Below, in pieces: positions 8,659 through 19,850 of a stretch of DNA of 64,000 nucleotides; within the stretch, counting starts at the first letter, position 1; every line of letters starts with the position of its first letter. The stretch lies in the NCBI GenBank assembly GCA_963668715.1, contig OY764960.1, positions 2,681,078 through 2,745,077 of the forward strand, written 5' to 3'. Source of the DNA: Bacteroidales bacterium. GTDB taxonomy: Bacteria; Bacteroidota; Bacteroidia; Bacteroidales; VadinHA17. Below the pieces are notes generated by a model. The model had not been told where the DNA came from, did no database searches, and saw only the letters and a program-made list of their open reading frames with translations. The position numbers and the translations under genes were made by a program.

Positions 8659-10956
8659 ATGGAGACGGAAGGAAAAAGTATAAAGATTATTTTTGTTGAA
8701 GACTTACCGGCTGATGTGGAAATAGCCAGACGGGTGATAAGCAAAGAGAAAATTGTTTATACCTATAAAGTTGTTGATAATGAGTTTGATTTAAAAATGT
8801 CGCTGACCGATTTCAGGCCTGATCTGATCATCTCGGATTATTCGATGCCTTCTTTTGATGGTATGTCTGCCCTTAATATTGTAAGATCAAATGATAAAAA
8901 TATACCTTTTATAATTCTTACAGGTTCAATGAACGAGGAAACAGCTGTTGCATGTATGAAAGCAGGCGCTAATGATTATGTGATCAAAGAACATATCAAC
9001 CGGCTTCCCTTTGCCATAACAGAAGCAATGCAGAATAAAGAAGCCAGGATAGAAAGGGACAGAATAGAAAAACAATTGCGTGAAAGCGAGGAAAAATTCA
9101 GGGGTATCTTTCAGAATCATTCGGCTATCAAGCTTATTTTTGATCCTGATACCGGGGGAATTGCAGAAGCTAACCAGGCAGCCGCTGATTTCTATGGCTG
9201 GTCGGTAGCTGAGCTTGAAAATATGAATATTTCCGAGATAAATACTTTGCCACCTGATGAGCACAGGAATATTACATCTGGTATCGGAGATCCCGGAAGA
9301 ACCCATTTTGAGTTCAGGCACAGGAAGGCTGACGGCTCGCTATGCTTTGTGGAAACATTCAGTAGTAAGATCAGGATAGGGGAAAAAGATTATGTTCATG
9401 CTGTGATACATGATGTTTCTGAAAGGAGGGAAGCTGAGAAACAACTGAAACTACTTAGCAGATCGGTCGAACAGAGCCGTATAAGCATAATCATTACTGA
9501 TAAGAAAGGTATCATAGAATACGTCAATCCTTTTTTCTTAAAGGTTACCGGATACAGCCTCGGGGAGTCAATTGGTGAAAATCCGTCATTCCTGAAATCC
9601 GGACATCAATCCGAAAAATTCTATAAAAACCTTTGGGACACTATATTAAGTGGCAGGGACTGGAACGGGGAATTGTTAAATAAAAAGAAAGACGGATCAT
9701 TGTACTGGGAAAATGCTGTTATCTCTCCAATTGTAGATACGAACAACGAGATAACTCATTTCATTGCCGTTAAGGAGGATATAACTGAAAAGAAACAAAT
9801 GATACAGGACCTGGTTAAGGCAAAGGAAAAAGCTGAAGAGAGTGACAGACTGAAGTCAGCCTTTCTTGCAAATATGAGTCACGAGATACGTACCCCTATG
9901 AATGGCATACTGGGATTCCTTGACCTCTTGCAGAACCCCGAGCTTACTAGCGAGCAAAGGGATCAGTATATGAATATTGTAAGGGAAAGCAGCGACAGAC
10001 TACTAAATACCATACAGGACCTGATTGAAATATCAAAAATCGAATCGGGAATTACAGAGGTCAAAAAATCTGACGTGAAGCTGATAGAATTATTTAATTA
10101 TATACAGCGTTTCTTTGAACCGGAAGCATCGAAAAAAGGACTGTCATTCAGTGTGTCGGGACAGTCGGTTAATGACACCGATAGTATCTATACAGATAAA
10201 TACAAGCTTGAGTCTGTTATTGTTAATCTGATTAAAAATGCTATTAAATTTACAGTAAACGGCTTTGTGGAAGTTGCCTATAGCATATCCCCCGGTGAAG
10301 ATATGCTTCATATTTCCGTAAAAGACAGCGGCCAGGGTATACCGGAAGACAGAAAGCAGGCTATCTTTAACCGCTTTGAACAAGGCGATCTCAATATAAC
10401 AAGGCCTTACGAAGGATCGGGGCTGGGACTTTCAATTGTGAAAGCCTATGTTGAAATGCTGGAGGGAAGAATTACTATAGAATCAGAAACAGACAAGGGC
10501 AGTACGTTCATTATTGACATCCCTTTCAATAAGAGCTATACTTCACCGGAACGGGAAATCAGTAAAAAAAGCTCTCATCCGGAGAATACGGATAATCAGG
10601 ACCGGTTGATCCTTGTGGTTGAAGATGATGAGGCCAGTCAGGCCTATCTTAAGAGAATACTTGGAACATCAGGTTTTAGAACCTTGTCTGCAGAAAACGG
10701 GGAAGAAGCTGTGAAACTTGTAAAGGATAACCCCGGTATTGATCTTGTTCTGATGGATATTAAGCTTCCTGTTATGAACGGATACGATGCAACGCGACAA
10801 ATCAAGATTATTAACAGAGATATACCTGTTATTGCTCAGACGGCATATGCTTTTTATGATGATGAACAAAAAGCATTCGATGCAGGCTGCATCGATTATA
10901 TTGTCAAACCGATAAAACAGGAAGAACTTTTGAGTATTATTGGTAAGTACCTGTAA
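8659..10956 (+). CDS. Hybrid histidine kinase REC-PAS-PAS-HisKA-HATPase-REC
   Basis: ISDYSMPSFDG, AFLANMSHEIRTPMNG, GSGLGLSI, VLMDIKLPVMNG. Confidence 0.92.
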   Translation: METEGKSIKIIFVEDLPADVEIARRVISKEKIVYTYKVVDNEFDLKMSLTDFRPDLIISDYSMPSFDGMSALNIVRSNDKNIPFIILTGSMNEETAVACMKAGANDYVIKEHINRLPFAITEAMQNKEARIERDRIEKQLRESEEKFRGIFQNHSAIKLIFDPDTGGIAEANQAAADFYGWSVAELENMNISEINTLPPDEHRNITSGIGDPGRTHFEFRHRKADGSLCFVETFSSKIRIGEKDYVHAVIHDVSERREAEKQLKLLSRSVEQSRISIIITDKKGIIEYVNPFFLKVTGYSLGESIGENPSFLKSGHQSEKFYKNLWDTILSGRDWNGELLNKKKDGSLYWENAVISPIVDTNNEITHFIAVKEDITEKKQMIQDLVKAKEKAEESDRLKSAFLANMSHEIRTPMNGILGFLDLLQNPELTSEQRDQYMNIVRESSDRLLNTIQDLIEISKIESGITEVKKSDVKLIELFNYIQRFFEPEASKKGLSFSVSGQSVNDTDSIYTDKYKLESVIVNLIKNAIKFTVNGFVEVAYSISPGEDMLHISVKDSGQGIPEDRKQAIFNRFEQGDLNITRPYEGSGLGLSIVKAYVEMLEGRITIESETDKGSTFIIDIPFNKSYTSPEREISKKSSHPENTDNQDRLILVVEDDEASQAYLKRILGTSGFRTLSAENGEEAVKLVKDNPGIDLVLMDIKLPVMNGYDATRQIKIINRDIPVIAQTAYAFYDDEQKAFDAGCIDYIVKPIKQEELLSIIGKYL

Positions 10957-10967
10957 TTGTTTACCTG

Positions 10968-13900
10968 CTAAAATAAACTCAGTTGCTGTTCGTCAGTTAT
11001 GTTTCTGTCCTTTTTTTCAAAATCTGTAAGTTGCAGATACTCCTTATCAAATTCATCAAGAAAGCGTGAAGGCATCATTTCGTTTTCCCGGCCATAGTAT
11101 CTTCTTTTCCCGGAACGTATGATCTGAAGTTCTTCTTTTGCACGTGTCATTGCTACATAAAACAATCTTCGCTCTTCTTCAATATCGGTGTCCTCTCTGA
11201 CGACAGGAGATACCCCTTCCTCAGCCCCGGCAATAAATACCACAGGAAACTCCAGACCTTTTGCAGCATGAAAAGTCATCAAGCTCACTCCTCCGCTTTT
11301 TATTCTTCCTGCATCGGTATAGGGCGATAATATGTTTTTTTGCAAATATTCGCCGGGGTGCTTATCTGACTCAGCCGCCAGCTTAATGATCATCTCTCTT
11401 TTGATCTGTTGTTGTTCGGATAATTCTGATTCGGGAATGAAGAAATCCAGTAGCTGTTGTATCGTATCCTTAAGGCTGCCCTTTTCAAAACCGGCATACA
11501 GACTATTGTACAGACTTATCCATTGTTTCCATCTTTTATCCTGAAAGAAGCTTTCCGGGTCAGCTTCATTTGCGGAATATTGCTTCAGCAGTTCCTGTTT
11601 ATGACTTTTGTTTAGCCCGAGAAGCCTTTCTGCCAGGTCCGAAAAAGCTATCACATTGCTTTTGTTCTGTATCAGTTGAAGGGCATAGGAAATAATATTA
11701 AAAGGAGCTTCAGACAGAAAAGAAGTGCCGTCGCTCAATAAAACCGGAATGCCCTTTTGTTTTAACCGTCTGACAATTTCATCCCCGATATAATGTGTAC
11801 GGTACAGAACAGCCATATCTGAAAAGGCATAATTATAATCCGATTTTGTTTGCCCTGTGCTCAGATAGTCTACCCCGCCAACATAATCAATGATACTGTC
11901 GGCTATATAAGATGCTTCCTGTCTGGAGTCTTCAGCTATGAAATATTTAATACGCATATCTGTATTTTTTACAGACTCAGGGTTAACCTTCGCTCTGTAC
12001 CGGTTATGAGAGATAAGCATATTTCCGGCGTCTAATATTTTTTTTGGGGTACGGTAATTCTTTCGAAGAAAGACTTCCGTTGCGTTAAGATCCTCCTTTG
12101 CCCTGTAAAACAACCTTATATCCGATCCCCTGAATCCGTATATCGACTGGTTAGGGTCACCGATAGCAAAGACCTGCTTATTCTTTGAGATGAGTTTAAT
12201 GAATTCATACTGAGCAGGGTTGATATCCTGAAACTCATCAACAGCCAGAACCCTGTAGTTTGCAGTAATATTACCGGAACCGGATTTTAACTGAGAGTTA
12301 AGCTCCTTAATGATAGCTGACAGGTCAACTGCATTATTTTCAGACAGGTATCTGTCGTATGTTTCAAAATAAGACAATAATTCCTTTTCTTCCGGTAGCA
12401 GGTATGCTTCATTATATTCCTCATATGCACGTGACAGCCTGCCTGTATTTATGCCTTCGGATTCATTAAAAAGCATCTTTAACAAGCTTATCCTGTTATT
12501 TTTATCATATATAATTGTTGTTTCAGGTTTTATTTCTTTCAGAAACCTGTATGCTATAGCATGAAAAGTACCTATCAGTATTCCGTCAGCCTTTTCCCCT
12601 ATCTGTTTTTGCAGCCTGTCCCGCAATTCATCGGCCGCTTTGTTGGTAAAGGTAATAGCTATTATTTCATCCGGATCAATTCCTTTTTGTTCAATCTGAT
12701 GAGCTATATGATGGATCAGAGTGCTTGTCTTGCCGGTACCTGGTCCTGCAGTTACAATTATATTACCTTCATGCCTGATAGCGCTCAATTGTTCTTCATT
12801 CGGTTTAAGTACCCCGTTTTCTTCTTTCACCACACGGGTAATCTGTTTCGGCGATTCGTATACTGGTTTTCTTTTTGTTTTATTTCCAACCGGCAGTTCG
12901 CCGAAGATATCCGCCTGTCCCGTTATGCGGGCTGTCTCACCCGGACTAAAAATCGAGATGACACCATATTCCCCGTCATATCCTGCCTGAGGTTTTACTT
13001 CGTGTCCGCGAAGCCGTCGTATAGCCTCGGCAAGCAATTCACCTGATTTTGATCTTATTTCTTCGACAGGGATAGTATGCAGAAGATCGAACTCATTACC
13101 GAAAGACGAAATGATTTGTGTAAAGGTTTGCTGCACTTTCTTTGCAGCAGGTGTTGTCCCCGTGAAGCCGGCAATGATCTCGGGCAGCGGGATGATATAT
13201 TCAAATTCGGGTGAGTCTTGTGGCTTCAGCGGGTCATTCCTGTCAGCCAGCTCTTCCACCCTGTGTAATACACCAATGGTCAAAGGCTTTCCGCATACCG
13301 GGCAAATATTGTTGTGTCTCAGGCTTTCCTGAGGCTCCATGCTGATATTACATTTTCTGTGGCCATCCAGATGGTATTTCCCTTCTTCAGGGAAAAATTC
13401 ATAGGTACCTGAGAACCCCCTTTTTGTTTTCAGAGCTTTGAACATATCATAATATGACAGTTCGGTATCAAAAATATTGGCTTCTCTTCCCAGTTTCTGT
13501 GGCGAATGGGCATCAGAATTGGATATCAGTGCATATTTGTCAAGGGACGATAATTTCCAGTTCATCAGGGGATCGGAAGACAAGCCCGTTTCCAGGGCAA
13601 AGATATGGCTTGAAAGATCGCGGAAACACTCTTCTATACTATCGTACCCTGCTTTGGAACCGAGGGAGGAAAACCACGGCGTCCATACGTGAGCAGGTAC
13701 CAGATGCGCATCTTCCGATGTTTCAAGGACGATCTCCAGCAGGTCTCTTGACGGTAGCCCCAGTATAGGCCTGCCATCGGAAGCCAGGTTACCTATCTCA
13801 GCAAGCCTGGCGTTGATCCTTTTGGCTGTATCAAAGTCCGGTGCAGTAACCACATTATGGTTTTTCCTTACTCTGTCTCCATATTTATATATGGATGAGA

Positions 13901-14177
13901 TTTCTGTGCTGAGACAAAAAAATATATCGATATCCTTCGGTTTGATATTCGGAAGTCCCTGTTCTTTCGGCGGGTTTTTCAGGCGAAGTAAACCGTTTCC
14001 TGCAGGCTCCAGCTTTTCTTCCATTTCCTGTATCCATAAAGGATGCGTAAAATCACCCGTCCCGATCACATTGATCCCTTTTATCCTGGCCCACTGATAA
14101 AGTGACTCGAGGTTGAGGTTTTTGCTTGTAGCCCTTGAGTAATGAGAGTGAATATGAAAGTCAGCAATGTACCGCAT
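10968..14177 (-). CDS. Endonuclease Q/PHP-domain fused to UvrD/PcrA-type SF1 helicase
   Basis: N-term ADFHIHSHYSRATS, PAHVWTPW, SNSDAHS, GKYHLDGHRKC...CPVCG; C-term AGPGTGKT, VDEFQD, IGDPNQSIYGFRG, MTFHAAKGLEF, EERRLFYVAMTRA. Confidence 0.9.
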   Translation of the reverse strand: MRYIADFHIHSHYSRATSKNLNLESLYQWARIKGINVIGTGDFTHPLWIQEMEEKLEPAGNGLLRLKNPPKEQGLPNIKPKDIDIFFCLSTEISSIYKYGDRVRKNHNVVTAPDFDTAKRINARLAEIGNLASDGRPILGLPSRDLLEIVLETSEDAHLVPAHVWTPWFSSLGSKAGYDSIEECFRDLSSHIFALETGLSSDPLMNWKLSSLDKYALISNSDAHSPQKLGREANIFDTELSYYDMFKALKTKRGFSGTYEFFPEEGKYHLDGHRKCNISMEPQESLRHNNICPVCGKPLTIGVLHRVEELADRNDPLKPQDSPEFEYIIPLPEIIAGFTGTTPAAKKVQQTFTQIISSFGNEFDLLHTIPVEEIRSKSGELLAEAIRRLRGHEVKPQAGYDGEYGVISIFSPGETARITGQADIFGELPVGNKTKRKPVYESPKQITRVVKEENGVLKPNEEQLSAIRHEGNIIVTAGPGTGKTSTLIHHIAHQIEQKGIDPDEIIAITFTNKAADELRDRLQKQIGEKADGILIGTFHAIAYRFLKEIKPETTIIYDKNNRISLLKMLFNESEGINTGRLSRAYEEYNEAYLLPEEKELLSYFETYDRYLSENNAVDLSAIIKELNSQLKSGSGNITANYRVLAVDEFQDINPAQYEFIKLISKNKQVFAIGDPNQSIYGFRGSDIRLFYRAKEDLNATEVFLRKNYRTPKKILDAGNMLISHNRYRAKVNPESVKNTDMRIKYFIAEDSRQEASYIADSIIDYVGGVDYLSTGQTKSDYNYAFSDMAVLYRTHYIGDEIVRRLKQKGIPVLLSDGTSFLSEAPFNIISYALQLIQNKSNVIAFSDLAERLLGLNKSHKQELLKQYSANEADPESFFQDKRWKQWISLYNSLYAGFEKGSLKDTIQQLLDFFIPESELSEQQQIKREMIIKLAAESDKHPGEYLQKNILSPYTDAGRIKSGGVSLMTFHAAKGLEFPVVFIAGAEEGVSPVVREDTDIEEERRLFYVAMTRAKEELQIIRSGKRRYYGRENEMMPSRFLDEFDKEYLQLTDFEKKDRNITDEQQLSLF

Positions 14178-14590
14178 AACAGATGATCCTGATAAAAGAT
14201 CAAAGCTAAAAACAAGTGATCCGAAATAAAATTAATGCCGGGTATTATTTTAAACAAGATATAAACCTCTTTCTTCCATTTACCTGCTTATGCAAATTAA
14301 TATAACCTCTAGGTACATTTTATTTATGTTAGGATGTAATTTGCTATTTATAAAGCAGCCTGTTGAATTATTACTGCTTTGTTTACTGTGACAATGATGC
14401 ATTAAGATACAACGGGGAAGCCGGTATGGCTAGCATATGCTTTAGCATAGGATAACAATATATTTAAAGAGAATATAAATATTTTTATAGAAATAAACAG
14501 GTAAGTTTATTAAATTGCATGTTTCTTTTTTTTAAGTAAAATTTTGTTGAATATAAAAGTGTTAAATATTAATTTGTAAATCGTATAATA

Positions 14591-15265
14591 ATGAGAAGCC
14601 TAAAAGCTATTGTCCTTATTTTATTATCTGTTTGTTTTTCTGTTCAATCATATTCCCAGGGTAGTATTTCTATTCATTTCGGGCCATCAGTCCCATTATC
14701 GGATTTTGCCTCTGATGATATAGATGACGAGGATGCAGGCGGCGCTGCTGTGGGTCTGAATATCGGCCTGCAATGTATATATCCGTTATTTGATAACGGT
14801 TTAGGCTTATTCTGTGGAATTGACTTTAACTATAACGGATTAGCAAATGATGTGAAAGACGATGTTGAGGATTACTACGAAGCTTTAGGAATAACTGATC
14901 CGGATTTTAAGTTTTATAAATATATAAACGTGCCTGTAAGTGCCGGATTGAACTATTCCTATCAGGATGGGAATATACTGGTGTTTGCAAATGCAGGACC
15001 TGCATTGAATTTTCTAAAGATTACAGACATGGAAATTAAGGCTTTAGGACAAAAGGTGACAACTGAGATGGATTTAGCCAGAAACATAGGTTACAGAATC
15101 GGGGGAGGTATTATGATTAACGAAAATACATATATATCAGTAGATTATTTGAGTTTGGGAGAGCATGATATTAAGGGTCAGATCACTTCTGTCGGTTACT
15201 CTGAAGATATTGAAAGTGTAGGCAAGGTCGATTTATTAACTTTGACTTTGGGTTTCGGATTTTAA
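14591..15265 (+). CDS. Outer-membrane beta-barrel protein
   Basis: Signal peptide, alternating beta-strand pattern, C-terminal LTLGFGF. Confidence 0.75.
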   Translation: MRSLKAIVLILLSVCFSVQSYSQGSISIHFGPSVPLSDFASDDIDDEDAGGAAVGLNIGLQCIYPLFDNGLGLFCGIDFNYNGLANDVKDDVEDYYEALGITDPDFKFYKYINVPVSAGLNYSYQDGNILVFANAGPALNFLKITDMEIKALGQKVTTEMDLARNIGYRIGGGIMINENTYISVDYLSLGEHDIKGQITSVGYSEDIESVGKVDLLTLTLGFGF

Positions 15266-15286
15266 GTTTTAAATAAATCAATTCGT

Positions 15287-15769
15287 ATGAAAAAAAATGC
15301 ATTAATACTTATTATTATTCTATTTGCTTCATTTCACGTACTGGGCCAGACAGACCGGGATTTGATAAAATATGAAAAAGCATTTGGAGGATACAGGTAT
15401 ACACTAAGTGGGAGGCCGGTTAGTATTATGCAGGTATCTGATATAATAGGAAATAACCCGGAAACAACAGTGTATTTAAAAAAGGCGAAAACAAATTATT
15501 ATACATCGATGGTGTTTAATTATGCCGGAGGTTTTATGGTGGGCTGGCCAATTGGAACAGCAATTGGTGGGGGAGAACCTGAGTGGGGATTGGCTGCAAT
15601 TGGCGGAGGTCTCATTCTGTTTGGGATCACATTCAATAACGCTGCAAATAGAAATACTATTAAAGCAATTGATTTATATAATAGCTGGAAAATGAATAAT
15701 GGAACAAGAGTATATTCTATGTCCTTTGGATTAAATTCCAGTGGTATCGGATTATCTCTTAAATTTTGA
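15287..15769 (+). CDS. Hypothetical exported/membrane protein
   Basis: Signal peptide, Gly-rich hydrophobic hairpin, C-terminal GIGLSLKF. Confidence 0.65.
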   Translation: MKKNALILIIILFASFHVLGQTDRDLIKYEKAFGGYRYTLSGRPVSIMQVSDIIGNNPETTVYLKKAKTNYYTSMVFNYAGGFMVGWPIGTAIGGGEPEWGLAAIGGGLILFGITFNNAANRNTIKAIDLYNSWKMNNGTRVYSMSFGLNSSGIGLSLKF

Positions 15770-15829
15770 ATTATACCTAATTAAATATTTCAGGACATCC
15801 GGTACGCCTGATTCTAAAATAAAATAATT

Positions 15830-16888
15830 ATGGAATACAGATTATTAGGCCGTTCAGGGCTTAAAGTGTCATCAATCACTCTGGGTACTATGACATTTGG
15901 CGGCCTGGGTGATTTTGCCAGGGTAGGTAATGCAGATACAAATCTTGCACGCAGAATTATTGATCTCTGTCTCGACCATGGGGTTAACCTTATTGACACT
16001 GCCAATATATATTCTATGGGATTATCCGAAGAGATCATCGGCGAGGTGTTAAACGGCAAAAGGCCTGGCAATATGATGATATCTTCCAAAGCCAGAATGC
16101 CTGTTGGTACCGGCATTAATGAAGAAGGATTTTCACGTTATCATCTTATCCAGGAATGCGAAAAAAGTCTGAAACGATTACGTACTGATGTAATAGATAT
16201 TTATTATATGCATGAGTGGGATGGACTGACCCCTTTGGAAGAAATGCTTGAAGCACTGGACACACTGGTAAAGCAGGGAAAGATCCGGTATACCGGCGCT
16301 TCCAATTTTTCAGGCTGGCATACCATGAAAGCTTTAAGTACAAGTAAAGAGAACGGTTACCAGCGTTTTGTGACGCAGCAGATCCATTATTCTCTTGAGG
16401 CTCGTGAAGCAGAGTATGAGCTGCTTCCGGTAGGTGTGGATCAGGGCCTCGGAGCGCTGATATGGAGCCCGCTGGCAGGCGGCCTGTTATCAGGTAAGTA
16501 CTCCAAAGATACAATGAAGCAGGCAGGCACCCGTTCTGCCGAAGGATGGAATGAACCGCCAATAAGAGACTGGAACAGGCTCTGGAATATTGTAGATGCG
16601 TTGAAGGATATTGCAGTGCAAAAAGACCTGCCTGTCGCTCAGGTTGCCCTTGCCTGGACACTTACGCGCCCCGGTGTCAGTTCCGTTGTAATAGGAGGGC
16701 GGACACCGGAGCAGATAGAGATCAATATTAAAGCCAGTGAGGTAAATCTTACAAAAGAAGAAATACAACAGCTAAATGAAATTTCTAAGATACCATTGTT
16801 ATATCCTTACTGGCACCAGGCAAACTTTGCAAGAAACCGTTTGAGCGAAGCCGATGAGGTACTACTTTCAGATCATTTAACTGATTGA
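15830..16888 (+). CDS. Aldo/keto reductase
   Basis: LGRSGLKVSSITLGTMTFG, IDTANIYSMGLSEE, SLKRLRTDVIDIY, WSPLAGGLLSGKY. Confidence 0.92.
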   Translation: MEYRLLGRSGLKVSSITLGTMTFGGLGDFARVGNADTNLARRIIDLCLDHGVNLIDTANIYSMGLSEEIIGEVLNGKRPGNMMISSKARMPVGTGINEEGFSRYHLIQECEKSLKRLRTDVIDIYYMHEWDGLTPLEEMLEALDTLVKQGKIRYTGASNFSGWHTMKALSTSKENGYQRFVTQQIHYSLEAREAEYELLPVGVDQGLGALIWSPLAGGLLSGKYSKDTMKQAGTRSAEGWNEPPIRDWNRLWNIVDALKDIAVQKDLPVAQVALAWTLTRPGVSSVVIGGRTPEQIEINIKASEVNLTKEEIQQLNEISKIPLLYPYWHQANFARNRLSEADEVLLSDHLTD

Positions 16889-16894
16889 GAATTT

Positions 16895-17209
16895 TCAATT
16901 ATAGTATATCTGTTTACGAAAGGTGAAGTAAAGGACGCGTACCTTGGTTGCTATAACCAACTCATCGCGGTTAAGGCCTGAATCACGAATAGCCTGTCCG
17001 GTCATCTTTTCACTGAGCCCTTCACTGTAAACATTGGCTGTGTCGATGAAATTAATTCCGGCATCAACTGCCTGACGAACCAGTTTGTTCACTTCATCCT
17101 GCGGAAGCGTACCAATGGCAGTCCACATTCCTCTGCCGCCAAAGGTCATTGTCCCCAAACATAATTCAGACACTTTGAGCCCGGTATTTCCTAAAAGATT
17201 GTACTTCAT
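16895..17209 (-). pseudogene. Truncated aldo/keto reductase (N-terminal ~90 aa)
   Basis: MKYNLLGNTGLKVSELCLGTMTFG...IATKVR, then homology stops abruptly. Confidence 0.8.
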
Positions 17210-17489
17210 AATGAATCTGTTTTATTGAGGTTAATTAATATCTAATGTATGACATGTTTGCTACAAACTATAACAATGCAAATACTGATTTACGAAAATT
17301 TGTTCTTCTGTAAATATAATATTCATTAAATACAGTTTTTGTTCATTTGCTCCTTTCCCTGGTTAGTTATTCTAATAATACCGTCAGTAACAATAATGTT
17401 AAACCAAAGTTCTGTTAGGTATTTTAGAGTAACTAATCCGGAAAAGTTTTGTAAATTTAGCAAGGCAATACCATAAATAAACACCCGAT

Positions 17490-18433
17490 ATGAAGAAGAC
17501 ATTTTTTGTCTGTGCCCTGTTTTTGCTATCAATATTCTCTGCATTTACACAACAACAAAATAAAAACAGTTTAAACGAAAGGTGTTTTGGAGGCGAACCT
17601 TCCATGCAATTTTTACTGAAAGCCGGCATAAATTACCCTGTTGAATCAAAGAAGAACGAAGTAATAGGGACTTCTTTATCCTCAATAGAGATCAGCCCTT
17701 CAGGAAGTATTGTGAATATTTCTATAATTAATCCGGTTGATGCACCCATTGATAGTGCTGTTACTTCTGCATTAAAAAGCACAGCAGACAATTGGCGCCC
17801 TGACTCTACTATTACATTAATGAGGTTTTTTATTTTCAAATAGTATTTATTATTTTATCCTCCTATGATATTATGACGGCATACAGCCCGATCCATCATC
17901 CTGGTTTCATGAACCCAATAATCATTAGTACAATCTCGCCGGACATGATTGAAACAAATTTTTCGATGGATCCATCCCTGGCTGCAGAATATCAGGAATT
18001 AATCGAAAAGAATGACTACGCCACCAGCCTTGAGATAATAAATAAGCTTATTAAAAGAGACCCCCTGAATCCTGAACTATATCAGGCGCGTTTATTTTTG
18101 TATAAAAAACTTGGCTTAAATGAGAATGTTATTAGTGAGTTGAATCTCATGAGCAGTTTTGCATATGGATTGTCTCTTTATGATCTCATATCAAAATATT
18201 ATGATAGAAGTAGTAACGAAATTCCGAAAGAAGAATATACAAAACTCTTTAATCCTGAACAGCAAAAAAGAGATGCATATGCTCAGGTAGATGAATGCCA
18301 AACTGCGCTCCTCGTGATCTTATTGGGGGGACTTAAAAGACAAAAAGGCCTCCTTTCAGTCGGTTTTTATTGTCAGTCAGTCATTTTCAAAAATAAGTTT
18401 TTGACATTCCTTCCTTCCAATAAAAAAATCTGA
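17490..18433 (+). pseudogene. TonB C-terminal domain + TPR-like protein split by one frameshift
   Basis: FGG...INYP...IEISPSGSI (TonB_C). The alternative frame from 17819 (NEVFYFQIVF...) runs into the 17873 ORF. Could be a sequencing error. Confidence 0.6.
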
Positions 18434-18453
18434 CATTTCTGTCAGGGCTTTTT
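18423..18453 (-). terminator. Intrinsic terminator, probably the original tRNA-Pro terminator
   Basis: Minus strand CTGACA-GAAA-TGTCAG followed by A and a T-run, just beyond the duplicated tRNA 3' end. Confidence 0.55.
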
Positions 18454-18460
18454 GTCATCT

Positions 18461-18476
18461 GTCGGGGTAGTAGGAT
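18461..18476 (-). repeat. att-site direct repeat (duplicate of tRNA-Pro 3' end)
   Basis: GTCGGGGTAGTAGGAT is identical to 27579-27594. Confidence 0.8.
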
Positions 18477-18512
18477 GAAACCGGCTACACTTTATCATTT
18501 TCCTATTTTGCT

Positions 18513-19850
18513 TTATAAGTCTTTGTTTACGTTGCCTATTGCATACAGGGGGTAAACATTCACCAATCCTATTTTTCCGAAATTTTCCAAAGATGTCCTG
18601 ACTCCCGATTTAGATTTTTTTAACTCCATAAACCGGTACAAGCTTTGCATTGCCCCCCTTGTACCAGCTTTTACTTCAACAGGAAGTATCCCTCCCCGGC
18701 CAGAAATCACATAATCGACTTCCGCCTGCGCCCCTTTTTTTAGCCTCAGCCAATAGTAAAGTTCCCTGCGTTCGTAAGGGCTTCCATTTTTTAATAGCTC
18801 TAATCCAACAAATACTTCCGACATTGAACCTTTATTTACCAAATCAGTTTCCGATGAAAGTAAAACCATTTTCATATCAAAATCAAGTAACCGTTCCAAT
18901 AATCCGGTATCTATGAACAAGAATTTCCTGAATTTTGGGTTTACTTCTGCCCCCAAAGGAAGATCATTCGCGGCTGTATGGGTAACCGGGACAATGAGCC
19001 CTGCCATGGTCAGTAAATCCAACGCTTCTTTAATTTTGGTAGATTCCACATCTCCTGTTACCTGTGAATAAACAAACTTGCTTCCTGACTGAAGGGCTAC
19101 CGACCGGAGTGTTTGTTGCAGGATAAGCGGGGATATCCTTTTTTTATACTTTGCGAAGTCATCAGTATAGGTTTGTAAAATATCATTCTGGACCAGCCGG
19201 CACTGAAGGTAATCGTTCTTCTCAATCCAGGTGCTTACGGATTCGGGCATTCCTCCCACCAACAGGAAAGTGCGTAAAAGGTCTGTCAATTTATTGTGTG
19301 TCGGCAAAGAAAGCGGCTTTTCCGCCGAGGCGTTATTCTTTTCCTCCACGAGCCCCTCTAATCCTTGGGCATGGAGAAATTCATCAAAAGAAAAAGGATA
19401 CAAAAACAGTGAACGAATCCGCCCAACCCCGAAAGAAGGGATCTCCTGCAGGGCAAATTCGAGCAAAGATCCTGCCGCCACAACATGGAGTTCCCGGTAT
19501 TCTTCATAAAAAAAACGTAAGGAAGCAATAGCAGGCAAACAGGCTTGTATCTCGTCAAAGAATAAAAGCGTTTTACCGACAATAACCGGAATACCAGATA
19601 TTGCAGAAAGTTTTGTACAGATGTCTTTGGGGTTTATTGTCCCTGTAAAGAGGTCGGCAATATCGGATTGGCGTTCAAAATTTACTTCCAGAAAATATTC
19701 GAATGTATGCCCCAAGTTACGTATTGCAGATGATTTTCCCACCTGCCGCGCTCCCCGCAGTAACAAAGGTTTATGCCTTGCATCGTCCTTCCATTCATTC
19801 AAATAGCGGTCAATGCTCCTTGTAAAATATATATTTCCGTTTTGTAACAT
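18513..19850 (-). CDS. AAA+ ATPase with DUF4143/C-terminal nuclease-like domain
   Basis: LLLRGARQVGKS, LFFDEIQ, VVAAGSLL, GGMPE, AEVDYV...PVEVKAG. Confidence 0.88.
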   Translation of the reverse strand: MLQNGNIYFTRSIDRYLNEWKDDARHKPLLLRGARQVGKSSAIRNLGHTFEYFLEVNFERQSDIADLFTGTINPKDICTKLSAISGIPVIVGKTLLFFDEIQACLPAIASLRFFYEEYRELHVVAAGSLLEFALQEIPSFGVGRIRSLFLYPFSFDEFLHAQGLEGLVEEKNNASAEKPLSLPTHNKLTDLLRTFLLVGGMPESVSTWIEKNDYLQCRLVQNDILQTYTDDFAKYKKRISPLILQQTLRSVALQSGSKFVYSQVTGDVESTKIKEALDLLTMAGLIVPVTHTAANDLPLGAEVNPKFRKFLFIDTGLLERLLDFDMKMVLLSSETDLVNKGSMSEVFVGLELLKNGSPYERRELYYWLRLKKGAQAEVDYVISGRGGILPVEVKAGTRGAMQSLYRFMELKKSKSGVRTSLENFGKIGLVNVYPLYAIGNVNKDL

